From the NCBI GenBank assembly GCA_001949185.1, contig BDGG01000009.1:857624-921623 (forward strand): a DNA stretch of 64,000 nucleotides. Reading direction: 5' to 3'. The DNA is from Ramazzottius varieornatus (taxonomy: Eukaryota > Animalia > Tardigrada). Below, one piece after another: positions 50,039 through 61,285 of the stretch (positions are counted from its first letter, which is position 1; the number at the start of each line of letters is the position of its first letter). A program made the position numbers and the translations under genes. A model generated the notes under the pieces. That model saw only the letters and a list, made by a program, of their open reading frames with translations. It searched no databases and was not told where the DNA came from.

Positions 50039-53000
50039 ATGGATGCTGTTGGGTTTCCTTTGTTCTTTGGTGTCGTTACGACGATGGTGGTCATCCCGAA
50101 CCTTCTTATAAGTGAGTTGTTCTCTTCCTGCCTCCTTACCCTCAAGTGGCAAACAGGTTTCGGTAGATGTATAGTCTCTTCCTTGTAGATTGCGTACCTG
50201 CTGCCGATACTCCTTTGACCAACGCAAGCATTCCGTCCCACTGCCCACCTCTGAAAATTTACTTCCCGGCTTTCAAAGGTGGCGTTAGCAGTCCGGACGC
50301 TACAACGGTAACACGCTACGAGCACCTGGACTCCGTCCTCATATCCAACGCCACAGGAGCTGATGGCAGCAGACGAGAGTGCCAGTTTGTCTGCTTATAT
50401 GGCCAGGTAAGTTCCCCAGAACTCTACTCAACAACAAGGAGGACTTACGTACCGTAGTTGCTACCTTCCGACCGTAAACGGGAAGCTGAGGCAGTGCTAC
50501 GGGTCCTGTCATGTGGCGCCGTCTGGTGCGGAGTTTTGAACCTTAGAGCCCGCCGTCAATTCATTGAGTAGGTGCTTGATTGACCATGTCTTGTTCTAGT
50601 GGACTGGTCCATTGTGTCGAAGGATGGACATGCTACAAAAGGCGGATCCAAACTATCAACCCGTATGGCAGGTGAGGAAGCTTCTTCGCACCTAAAAGAA
50701 CCTTTCAGTCCTACTTTGTTCCCTGTAGTCCTGTTACTTCGATCCGGCCACGTATGTCAACGTGACAGTCTTCTACAATGGACAGAACATCAGCGAGCCG
50801 ATGTCCGGATCGAGCGTCAGCAGCGGCGGACTCTTCAGTACCTACAGCTCAAAGATCACCGTATTTCCGCATGGAAGTCGACTCATGTTCAGGTGTAAGG
50901 AAGTGGGGACTTTCATATTTCACGGACCTTCGGTGATGCTCTGTTCCAATGGCCAGTGGGAGGCTATGCCACAGCGAGCTGGAAGTCAAGCGGAGCGACT
51001 GTCGGTGCAGCATCCCACATGCGAAGCGATACCCGAGCTGGAGAGTAATCTGGACGAGAAGCTGCTGTATCCTCCCATCATCACCTACGCCGCTTACGGG
51101 AACGGCATGGCGGCGCCTTACTTCGACGGTCGTCTTCTGGTTTATCCAGGATCAGACTTGAATCTGGGTCGGTAATGAACAGATTATGCGTGCGACATGA
51201 AAACAACGATGAACAAGGTTTCAACTGACACGAAACTTCCGACCGACACACCTGGTAGCATCCAGTAAACCCCTTGTTGGCCATATGTTCTTTTCCTCCT
51301 AGAGGAACTTGCAGGACCTACAAAATGGAAAACCGTTCACCGCGTGAAAGCCGTGAAGAATAGAAAATGAATAATCTGGAAACATGAAGCAATCAGAAGC
51401 TTTCAATCAAATGGATCCGGTTGATTGAACCGATGCTAACCGGAAGTTACTCCGTGACGTCACTGTGGACAGAATTACTCGCAATGACGTCATGGTTTTG
51501 TTAGGTTGAAATACCACTGCCGTCATCTCTCCGACTCCAAGTCCGACTACCCTCGTCCGCCATATCCCTCTCTTTAATTCTTCCTTTGAAGAAATATGAT
51601 AAGTACTAATGCCTAAATAATTCGCTACACTTCCGCGTAGTGGTGACAGTGCAGGATTAAGGCTTTAGAACATCCGGTTGTTACTGTATGGTTTCCTTGT
51701 TTCAGGATGCATTTACGAGCCCAGACGCCTTGGACCTCCTCAATGGTACGCCAAGGGGGAATTTTGTTCTGGTGTATAGTTCGGATTGGTTAATACATAT
51801 ACTTTGATATTGTTTTTCTTGACTAGGACATGGAGCAAGTCCATCAATCAAGTGCAAGCCCAGTCGCAATGGACCAGGAATCTTCGGAGGAACAAAATGG
51901 TGCGTATGGCAAAGTTCCCTTTTAGAACCGAGCCAAGTTAACGGGATAAGGCGACCGTGTTGTCTCAATAAAACGGTCAGGCTACATTTCTTTTAGGAAT
52001 GGCGTCTGCAAATCCTGAAGATAAAGCCAGCCGATTCCGGGAAATACACTTGCCTCACTCCTGCGGGAAGCAGTCACAGCATCGTTGTGGAAGTGTCAGG
52101 CAAGCTCGTATAAAAGCATGATGGTCGTTTCCTGATTAGATTTGTGACGCATTACAGCTCTTTAAGGGATCGATACTCTTATCGAGATTGATGACTAAAT
52201 TGAATTCAAATGATAGCTGTGGATTGCCCTCGACCTTGGGAGGACGAAGAGCTTCTCACTATGGGTACTTTCCAGTTTAATACCACAGCGAGTTTCTCCT
52301 GCGTATCCGGCCATCGGCTGATCGGTCCAACGGAGCTTTTCTGCCAGCTCAATGGCCAGTGGAATGCGCCTGTTCCGACTTGTGTTCCTGTCAGCTGCCC
52401 GCTTCTCAACTTCACCGATCCCCGATTATACATTGAGGCAAATGGCACGGCCTACGACGACCTCGCAGTTTTCAGTTGTGCTGCTGGCTTTTCCCTGAAA
52501 GGTCCATAAAAAACCTATAAAACTCTCACCACCTACATTACACCTGTTTAATATAGAGCAAAAAAGGGGGCTTTTTAAAAACCGCAGGAATATATTAATT
52601 ACGCTGCAGCTCAGTACTGTAGAGAAACTCGACTAGATCGTTTTCTGAAATGGCGCACGCTTTCAGTCAATAACACAGAAACCGCGCGCCACTTCGGAAT
52701 ACGGTCTTGTTTGTTCGCCGAACTTGCTGTGTGTATTTCAGAATGCTTTCTTGCAGGATCGAGCACATCGAAATGCACGTCGAACGGAACATGGTCCCAC
52801 CCAGTAATTATTCTCTCAAAATTTAGTTATATCGGTTGTGGCTTGAAAAAGATGCAAGAGTCCCAACCAGGTTTTCCTTTAGATGCCCACGTGTGACCAT
52901 GTTTACTGTCCTGGGTTCCAGCCTCCGAAGAACGGTTACGCTCTAGAGACAATACATGAGAAGTACTTGGTGGGGAAGGTCGTGCACTTCTCCTGTCACA

Positions 53001-53492
53001 AAGGCTTCATGGCTACGGGTCCAACCTCAGCGACCTGTCAAGAAGGCAAGCCGCGCCTCGTACTTTAGCCGGATAAGATCGACGAAGAAGCCACAATTTT
53101 TCTCTGCTTCCAGATGGCAAATGGGGGAATCCGCCGCCGAAGTGCGAGGTGGCTTGCGATACACCGAAATCTCCCCCTCACGGACGACTAACACCCATCA
53201 AGGCGGCGTATCGAGTCAAGTCCCATGTCGTCTATGAATGTCACAGCGGATACCGCCTTGTAAGTATGAGCACCTTCACTTTAATTAGCGCCAGTGAACT
53301 TGTGTCACTAGCGGACATTGTCGTGTAATATTCCACTACCGAACCCGTAATTTGGCGTAATGAATGTGTGGGCTGTTCTATTTGCAGGTGGGGGCGCGGA
53401 TTTCCTACTGCAACCCCGACGGTCGGTGGTCCTTTCCTGTTCCGGAGTGCCTACTGGATAACAGTGCAGGCGGCTCTAAACGTGGACCATAG
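50039..53492 (+). CDS. Secreted sushi/CCP-repeat plus Ig-domain protein, Hikaru genki (Hig)-like
   Basis: Signal-like MDAVGFPLFFGVVTTMVVIPNLLINC; 'CQFVCLYGQ|WTGPLC'; 'FPHGSRLMFRCKEVG...LCSNGQW'; Ig-like 'GRLLVYPGSDLNL...RLQILKIKPADSGKYTCLTPAGSSHSIVVEV'; four C-terminal CCP modules (ASFSCVSGHRLIGP...CQLNGQWNAPVPTC and similar). No TM segment seen. Confidence 0.8.
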
Positions 53493-53958
53493 ATGGATCC
53501 AGAAATACTAACAGCCTCAATCGGTTTTGCGCACTATACCGTACGAGAACCCTGTAGTCTATCCACAGCCGCAATTTACTAGAACTCGGCAAACAAACTC
53601 GGTCAGATTGTTCATCCAAGTGGCGTACCTGGTCACTGTTTTTGACTGGTAGCGTGCGTCACTTGGGAATCTGGCCGAATTTGTTTATCAAGTTCACGCA
53701 TAATGTCAAACGAAACCACGATGAACCGAACATGCCCAGAACATGCCCGAACATGCACGTTATTTTTAAACGAAGAGCCAATACCACCACCATACACCAG
53801 CTTCTGTCACCCACAACGAAGCAAACCGGAACACTGTGACAAATACATAGTAACCACACTAATAATGACGCAAGCAGAAAAGCTCGTGGACTGAAATGGG
53901 GGGGGGGGGGGTCATCCAGGAAGCCTATCGAAATTTTGCAAGCAGAACACTGTCGGAA

Positions 53959-54840
53959 TCACTGTCTGTTCTTCATTATTCTTGCGTGCGGGAAGGTCCT
54001 TTTGATGTTCTGCAGAAGTCCGCCACTGCCCGAGTCCTCGTACATGACCGGTGGCACCACCGTCAGGGGAAGTGGGTAGTGCATGCTGGCCGTGCCGTTC
54101 CGGTGAACTTCAAAAGGAAAGAAGGTTACGTAACAGTACCTTATTTCACCATACATTATGGTGATTCTATTAAATGAAATTTCTGGTCTACAACATTGGT
54201 ACTTACCACAAGCAAAAGTTGGGCAACAGCGACCGTTGACGCGTATCTTGCCACATGCTTCGGGCAGATCAGTCTCCGAATTGCAGAAGATTTCCGCACA
54301 CACAACTGCCCCATCCTTGCATATGCACCAAGGTCTTCAAAATGGATACAGAAGTTTCGCTGTTAAATACCCATCGGCCAGCCCCGGCAGTTCCCTCTAG
54401 CTTTTTGGGAAAGAAAGGTTTTTTACCTGCAGGGATCCTGACTTAGGATTTCGCCGACTTCGTTGCAACCTGTATGGAAATTTCTTTAAATACGGTTCTA
54501 CTTCTGAATATTACGTGATATTACAGCAGGCACATGGGAGCTCGGCAAATGAACTCGGCCAGATCGTTTTCTTAAGTGGTGCATGCTTTTCTGCCGATAT
54601 CGCTGGAAAAAGGTGCGCCACTCGAGAAAATAACCAGGTTGTTTTCGTTTGCTGAGCTCGCCATATAGTAAGTTTTTCGCGGAGGTCCAGATGATACTTA
54701 CCGGAGCCACTCGCAACCTGCTGAGTTACTTCTAGGTCGCTGGAAGAATGATCATGAGTTAGAGGGATTCCGAAGGTAACGTAAGGGCTGACCACGAAGA
54801 GCAGCAGTAGCACAGATGAAGTGCTTCGCGAGATCGGCAT
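53959..54840 (-). CDS. Small secreted single-VWC-domain protein, paralogue 4 (4 exons)
   Basis: Signal MPISRSTSSVLLLLFVVSPYVTFG; GCNEVGEILSQDPCR|PWCICKDGAVVCAEIFC...AC...RCCPTFAC; tail VHRNGTASMHYPLPLTVVPPVMY... Confidence 0.82.
54537..54660. repeat. Palindromic element, full-length single-core copy (VWC paralogue 4 intron 1)
   Basis: Both GAGCTC termini are intact around one core. Confidence 0.88.
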
Positions 54841-56132
54841 TCTTAGGCGTTGGTCAGCACAATCGTGAAAGCGATTGAATAGAGGATATCGTTGAGGTCC
54901 TACAAGCAGGAATAACTTGCCGATCTGGAATATGACTATAAATAGTCGTTTCTTAAATAATTGGGAGCGAAAGTGCGACGACGACGCCCGCCGAGGCCCC
55001 GGGAAGTGTTGGCGCACAAAAGAAAATGTCGCTTTGCCCATTAGGATCACACTACACAATAGCTTATCATGTTTGATGGTATTTTAAGCATCAAATAACG
55101 TCACGGGACGAATGGCTTAATCTTCCGGGACCCCCTTGATCTCGTAAATATTTGCTCTTGATAGAAAGAGTGAAGGAAAGAGTTGCACTCGAGTCTACTT
55201 GGTACAACAAATTGAAAGGCCACAACTCTGTCAGGTCTTCCCTAAACATTTTAGACGAAGTTAGACTATAATGACGGGTTTCATTAATATCAGTCAATAC
55301 TGAACAGCAGATAAGTCGATTGCATAATATTGAAAATTCATGAAAGAGGGGCACGGTTAACGAACTCACACGATTTTTCTTCCAGGTGGCGCGCGCTCAG
55401 TGTTGTTGTCTACAGCAGTGGGCCACTTAGGAAACGATCTTGACGAGTTTGTTTGCCCAGGTCCCAACACCCAGCACAATGAGCGCCCGAGATTCTCACC
55501 TAGTCAATCCGTTGTGGTTCGAATGGATTTTAACCGCAAGGACGACGAGAAAAAAAGAAGTGCAACACTTACGGCAAGGAAGAAAATGCAATCATAGTTT
55601 CTCGCACATACTATCAATACTTCCCCGTGTCAGATCAGCAAAGCCGAGGTTGTCGGAAATAACAGTCATCTTTACGACCTCAATAAAAGCGGTTCGACAC
55701 ATTGCTCGGGATTCGCATACGGCACTGGAGCGCAGGTTTGTGCGTGCTGGAGAAAGATAACTTAATCAGGCGAGAGCTCAGCCCCATTTGTTTAGCCTGG
55801 CCCTATAATCCGCAGAAACCTTCCTGGCAAACATCCGGCTGGTGAGGTGCCGAGAGCGAAGGGATCAAGCCGTGTAATTTACTGGCTTGCGAGAAAGGTC
55901 ACACTAGTACCCTGCTCAGTTTCTTATTTTCATGTTACGCATTCAAAGAAGTCGTTCAGGAAGAAGCACAAACCACACTGCACTAAAGTCCTTTTCCCAT
56001 TTGGCATCCCAACATATTATTACATCAAAAATAAAAATACTAAATAGGGCACGCCGCGACATTCATTCAATAGTAGCTACTGGTGAATGGATGTCGCCAC
56101 GCCTTGATGTACATCATAATTGTTCATCATTC

Positions 56133-57130
56133 CTACGTATGGGGTTGTCGAAACTGCCTCGCATAGGTGCAGGAATTTATTTCCTCGGGCAACTCAATGC
56201 CGTAAATTAACGTGCTAACGTCCAGGCGCGGATCGTCTAATGATCCAGAAGAAGCCAAGAGAGACGAGGAAACAGCAGAAGAGAATTCCTGCCGGAGCTT
56301 TTCATCACGCGAAATGTAGTGTTGGAAGCAAAAGCTTTTCCAGTGGCCTTGCCCTTTTATATGGTCACCGCCAAGACCAAGTGAGGAAACAAACGTCGCT
56401 GCACCGCGACGAAAGGAATGGATGGACATTTTGAAGGAGTGGATTCCCGCTGACGTCAGCACCTCTTTCAGCAGGCGAGTGAACAGATCAGGGTCGAGAA
56501 ATCGCTGTTTATTGTCATGATCTCTGTAGGAAAACAGTGCATTGGAAGTGTGCGTGTGGTTTGTCGTGGCGATTAGATCCCGAATCGCAGCCACTGGGCA
56601 CAACGGTGAGCCCGCTATAGCGTCGATTGTGAGGTGAAAGTGACTTTCAGCCAACCGATCTGTTTTAAGTTGCGCCACTCGTATGGTCAGATGTCCAGCG
56701 TAGACCCCGTTGTCTGCAGCCTGAGGTACTTCATGTTATGTGAACTTCTTAATAAGTTTGAACGGCGAAGAAGGGAAAAGAAGGCAAGCAAACAGCCAGA
56801 CCAGAAGGCTTTGCGGTAAACAGAAGCAATCACGTATGTATTAGTGTGAATGGACATGAGATGGTGGGGTGAGATGGGGTTCCGCTTGTTGGGAAGTTCT
56901 ACCCGCAAGCGTTTCAAGCCGGCCAATGCCTGTCGAACGGAAAAGTGAGTAAGATCCGGAGCATGCATATTGTGGTCGTAATGCAGGGAGGCCAAGCTCG
57001 CAACGTAATTACAAATGGAGGAATATTCCAGTCTGTCGGAGAGAAAAGCTATAAAACGGCAAATTTTGGAGGGTGAGGCAGGCAGCGGTGAGAGTTTGTG
57101 TGCGGAACAGAAGGTAAGGAATGCGGAACA
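56133..57130 (-). pseudogene. Tyrosine recombinase of the DIRS/Ngaro element (frameshifted)
   Basis: The R...HxxR...W...Y catalytic pattern is split over ORFs 56687-56995 and 56133-56678. Confidence 0.85.
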
Positions 57131-58790
57131 CTACGCCTGCTTGAGTCGGTCAAGGCAGCGTCCCGAAAAATCCTCCTCTTTGCGTCCACCTGACCGAGTA
57201 AGATACCTGCGAAAGCAAGAACTATCAGTGATCAGAAGGTGATTTTTGTAAAATCTATGTTGAGAGCAAAAAACGTTCGTGAAAGTACGATTATCCAGCA
57301 ACCGACTAAATGCGTCCGGTGAAACGTTTGCTTTTCCGGGAATGTGTTTTGCTTGAATGCCAAATTGATACTGGGACGAAGTGTAGAGCACCAAATTGAG
57401 CCTCTTAAGAGCTTCCGGGTTCTTCGTGGTACCTCGCTTAAGGAAAGCAACTGTTTGCCTATTGTCGGACTCTACGACCACAGCGCCACCTTAGAATTTC
57501 TTCACCCAAACCAACAAAGGGATGCAAGCCGCTATCAATTCTAAAAAATTGATGTTTTCCAGGAAGGAATCATGCATAGTGGGACTTTCTACCCAGTTCG
57601 ACCACATATCATTGTCGAGTGGTTTCTGTCCGGGGAGCCAACTTCCGGCCAGCCATAGGCCTGTGCAACTAGTGGCTGCGAAGCCTGAGAAGGAAGCATG
57701 TGTGCTGATCCTGCAGATCCGTCGAGCCCTGCCGAACGAGTAAGGGCAAAGACCATTAAGAAGAGGCGCAATTTCGCTCCACCACTGAAGCTCATTGCGT
57801 AGAGCCGTAGAGATACGAAGCCGGTGTGTGTCCTCTTTCAGAGAGTTCATTGCGTCAAGGAAGATGCGAGTGAAAGTTCGCGCCCCGTGTACTGCTCTGC
57901 CAACAAATGTCAGATGCCCGCGAAATACTTCCGCTTCAGCTCTGGTAACTTTGTGACGTGTGGCCATGTCCACAGCTCGTTCAGTGAGGTTTTCAATCTT
58001 GTTTTGAGGAAGCTCCACGTTTTGCTTCACGGAGTCGATTATCAGCCCCAAAAATTTTGCCCTTGTGGTCGGTCAAACCACTTTGTCCCAATTAACGGAG
58101 AAGCCTAGTGAACCGAGCAATTTTATCAGCGTCGTCTGAGCATAGCTGCATTCCTCCACGTCAATTCCGATGAGTAAAAAATCGTCCAGGTAGCAAACTA
58201 GCAAAATGGAACGACGCAGTAGCATACGTGCAGCAGCGCAAGAAATGCGGTGAAATTTGCCGGGTGCGCACTTTAACCCGAAGCACAGAAAGTTATCCAC
58301 CAAGAAGTGTTCAAATCCATCGAAGGACCATCGGAATCCCTGTAACTGCCTGTGTGGGGGACAAATTGGTACATGCCGGTACGCAGACTTCAGGTCTACA
58401 ATTGCGTAGAAGGAATTAGGAGAACTTAGCCTCACAGCGTCATCAATTGATCGAAAGCAAAATTTGTCGATCTCGATGAAATCGTTCAGTGCGTTATTTT
58501 GCGGCATACTGCAGTCAGTGATCGGTCGGAACTTGTCAGTGCCCTTCTTCTCCACGGCACCGATTGCCTGTGTTCGGTAAGGCTGAAACTCTTGACCGTT
58601 TTCAACTTCCTGCTTGAAAAGTGCATCGAGCTTCGATTCCACTTCATGTCTTAGTGCACTGGCGTAATTTTTGCTGTCGCTTGGTTGGACTGACGCAATA
58701 TCGTCCACTATGTGAAAACCGTGAGCAATGCCGGTGAGTATAAAATCTCTGTCGGGATCGTGTTTGAGTTCTTCCTGCCATGTTGAGAAA
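57131..58790 (-). pseudogene. Reverse transcriptase / RNase H of the DIRS/Ngaro element (frameshifted)
   Basis: YLDD motif in ORF 58073-58708, continuing in different frames at 57491-58051 and 57131-57481. Confidence 0.88.
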
Positions 58791-60624
58791 TGCCTAGTGA
58801 GGGAGCAGCGAGTGACAAGATCAGAGTCGAGGACAAAGGATTCGAGCTGGGTGAGGTCCGTTTATTGGGGGAAGGCTTTGTGGTAGTCGAAACTGTGTCA
58901 TGAACGTCAAAACAAAGTGGTAAAAACGCGGTGTCAGGAGTTTGTGAATTCCATGAAATGGCGGACGAATTGTTAGGTTGTGCTATGAAAAGAAGGCCAA
59001 GTGAATAACAAGTTGTAAATCCGAAGACAGAACCAGTGTTCTAGTTGATCGCAACAAAGGATAAAGACGAAAGCAGGAAAATAATTCGGCGACAATGTCA
59101 GAGCTAATTATAGGTGAGGCGGTAAGCGACCAAGTGTCCAGAGAGTGCCGCCTTTCAAAGTGTGTCCCTCGTCAGCCGAATAATGTGTGGTCAGTTGCCA
59201 GTTCCGTCACAGTGAGTGATCTGGTGCTTCCGCCGCAACGGCGACATCCATGGATGTATTAGCACTTGGCTCCATAAGGACAGTCGTTCCTGTTGTTGTA
59301 TCGGTTACAGTACTGTGGTCGGCCACTTTGTGCCTTGGGTCTGCCACTGTCACGTGGTCCTTGGCGGTCTGCAGGCCTGTTTGCCTAGTATCGCCCAATG
59401 GAGATGGTGTTGGTGGGAGATCCCGACTTGTACTGGTTGGCGGAAATGAAGAACTGTGAGGCGATTTGATCGCAAAGTGCTTGGTCACTAAAGGACTTGC
59501 GATAGAAGGTCATGTTGCGGCGATACTCGTCATCGGACAGGAGAACCGATTGCATCAGGTAATCTTTTGGTCGGATGACCAAGTAATGCAGATAGTCGAG
59601 GTACTCCGCCAGCGTATCCCTGGGCTTGGGTGACTGTCCGACAGCCGAAGCCAGCTGCAGACTTCCGACCATGAATTCGTCCTAGGTAAGATCCAGAGGG
59701 GAGAGTTTGCTTTTTGGCTTGCCGTCCAGACCTAGCCGTGCTTTGGCCATGACAAACGTCTGAGGTCATGGAAGGTTGCGTGCCTCCAGTGGCATGTCGT
59801 CGTTGGACAGGACGCCGAGATGCTTATTCTCACTCTTGTTAGAAAGGTACTCACCTTGTTCGTCTTCGTCGCTGCTGCTGCTGGGAGTGTGGCATCGACG
59901 CTGACTGGTTGATTCCGTTGGACGACGGCGATTGACAGAGTGGTGCCGGTGACTGACTGCTGGTTCGTCGCGTTGGGACACAGTGCGGCCATTATTGTTA
60001 GCAGTAATGGTCAGGTTGTCAGGGAGGGAGGGCCTTCGCTGTACCTGAAACTGGAAAAAGAAAAGCGGACAACTCCAGCCGATCGCATGTGCCTTTTACG
60101 GTGTCAGCCATGGCGGTCCCGGCATTCTGGGCCTTGAAAAGCTCCAAGTCCTTCACAGTAGTGAAAGCTTCTTTGGTCAATGCATCCACCGTGGCCTGGC
60201 TCAGCTTCAGTTGATCGGCAAGTTCCGCGATGGTCAGTGGTTCTTCGGCTTTCAGGTCATCGTCAGAGTTGGAGAGCTCTTCCAGGGACTTGGAAGGGTT
60301 CGCCGTGAAACATTCGAATAACCGGTCGACGAGTTGCTCCTTCAGTCCACTGGTGTCGAGTCCAGCCGTCGATCCGAAAAAATCTAAAGCCGCGTACAGC
60401 AGCCACAAAAAAGCAAACTAAAAGCGCGTAGGTGGAAGACATTCATTTATATATTACAGAGAATGGCTAGAAGAGTGCGCGTGGCTGCTGGACGGTGGTC
60501 AGCGACGACAGATGGCATCATGATCGGAGCTGTGTGCTAATTATACTCAGATTTTGCTTTGCATAATCTTATCCATCAATAAATATACCTGTTACGACCA
60601 GTGACAGACGACACTTTCTTACTA

Positions 60625-61233
60625 GAGCCCTGCAACATGCAGTACGTTCTGCACTGTACTGCACTGCATTTTACTGCAATGCAGTGCAGTTGCAGTCGCC
60701 GAAATGGTGAGAAAATGCAGTTGCAGTGCAATTGCAGTTTTGAAAAAGGGAACACCATTCGCCGCAGTATACTGTTGTTGCCCCAAAAACAGTAGCAAAA
60801 TCAATTGGCACTACTGTGGACTTTTAATTCGCCCGCCGCACCCCATGTTTTGTCTAACTGAAATGTAAGAAATGGAGCCCTGCAGCAGTAGCTGCTTCTG
60901 CACTGCATCCGGTTTCCAGAATCTGCAACTGCATCTGAATTTTTTGGCTGTCGTCTAAACCGCAACTGTACTGCACTGCATTTAAAACTTCAGAATTTCT
61001 GCATGTCAACTGAAGTACATTTCAAGTACATCGCGAACGTGGATGTTTTACGGAGATTTAACCGAAAAACGGCAGAATCCGGCCAGAAAATGCAGAAAAA
61101 GCTGATTTTACTGTTGTTTTGGGGCAAAAAAAGTATACTGCGACGAACGATGCTCGTTTTTTGAAAACTGCAACTGCACTGCATTGCAGTAAAATGCAGT
61201 GTAGTGCAGAACGTACTGCATGTTGCAGGGCTC
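60625..61233. mobile_element. ~610-bp MITE/foldback-like element with long imperfect TIRs built from TGCAN pentamers
   Basis: GAGCCCTGCAACATGCAGTACGTTCTGCACT... at 60625 and its reverse complement ending at 61233. The inverted match extends >120 bp (through ...CGCAGTATACT...TTGCCCCAAAA). A partial third copy lies at ~60874. Confidence 0.85.
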
Positions 61234-61285
61234 GGAATTTATTCGGAATTTGGTGTTTTTAATGGGCATACATAACTTTCTGCAG

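Larger units (their letters stand above)
505..55464. repeat. Dispersed ~120-bp palindromic element family (span of all copies); by-eye consensus GAGCTCGGCAAACAAACTCGACCAGATCGTTTTCCC-AAGTGGCGCAC-N25-GTGCGCCACTT-GGGAAAACGATCTGGTCGAGTTTGTTTGCCGAGCTC
   Basis: About 37 loci, approximate starts: 505, 1759, 2641, 3405, 5005, 6565, 7498, 7956, 9020, 9684, 10670, 12665, 14444, 18474, 20866, 22428, 23830, 24929, 26052, 26885, 30735, 31633, 32251, 33798, 34845, 35738, 37050, 40024, 41281, 45655, 47008, 47793, 49086, 52620, 53581, 54537, 55360, plus a very decayed one near 15170. Confidence 0.93.
56133..60408 (-). mobile_element. Degenerate tyrosine-recombinase retrotransposon (DIRS order, Ngaro-like): gag - RT/RNase H - YR
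   Basis: Gag fragments at ~60408-59207 with a Cys/His knuckle; RT at 58708-58073 (AIVDLKSAYRHVPI, LCFGLKCAP, YLDDFLL); RNase H at 58051-57131 (INFLELIA, ESDNRQTV, HIPGKANVSPDAFSR); YR at ~57130-56133 (FFSLLRRSNL, CPVAAI, HSFRRGAAT, GHWKS, HY). Multiple frameshifts and stops. Termini not resolved. Confidence 0.9.

Noticed and set aside
27038-51492. Perfect CRE palindromes TGACGTCA (~27039, ~33683, two at ~51454 and ~51485)
   Set aside because: A few 8-mers in 64 kb without TSS data cannot be assigned a function.
53898-53911. Poly-G run
   Set aside because: Isolated homopolymer near a 3' UTR; may be an assembly artefact and carries no further structure.
505-55464. CRISPR-array interpretation of the conserved repeat with fixed-length variable spacers
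   Set aside because: The context is eukaryotic and intronic with no cas genes. Repeats are inverted pairs in arrays of only 1-3 units, and the spacers descend from a common consensus rather than being independently acquired.
505-55464. Strict Introner model (element equals the intron)
   Set aside because: Element ends lie tens of bases inside the splice sites, and about 11 copies are intergenic. Only the weaker association is kept as a finding.
311-55597. Many short ORFs sharing peptides such as FPKWRT, VRHLGK, FPSGA and CATWEN
   Set aside because: They are translations of the palindromic element in different frames, not a protein family.
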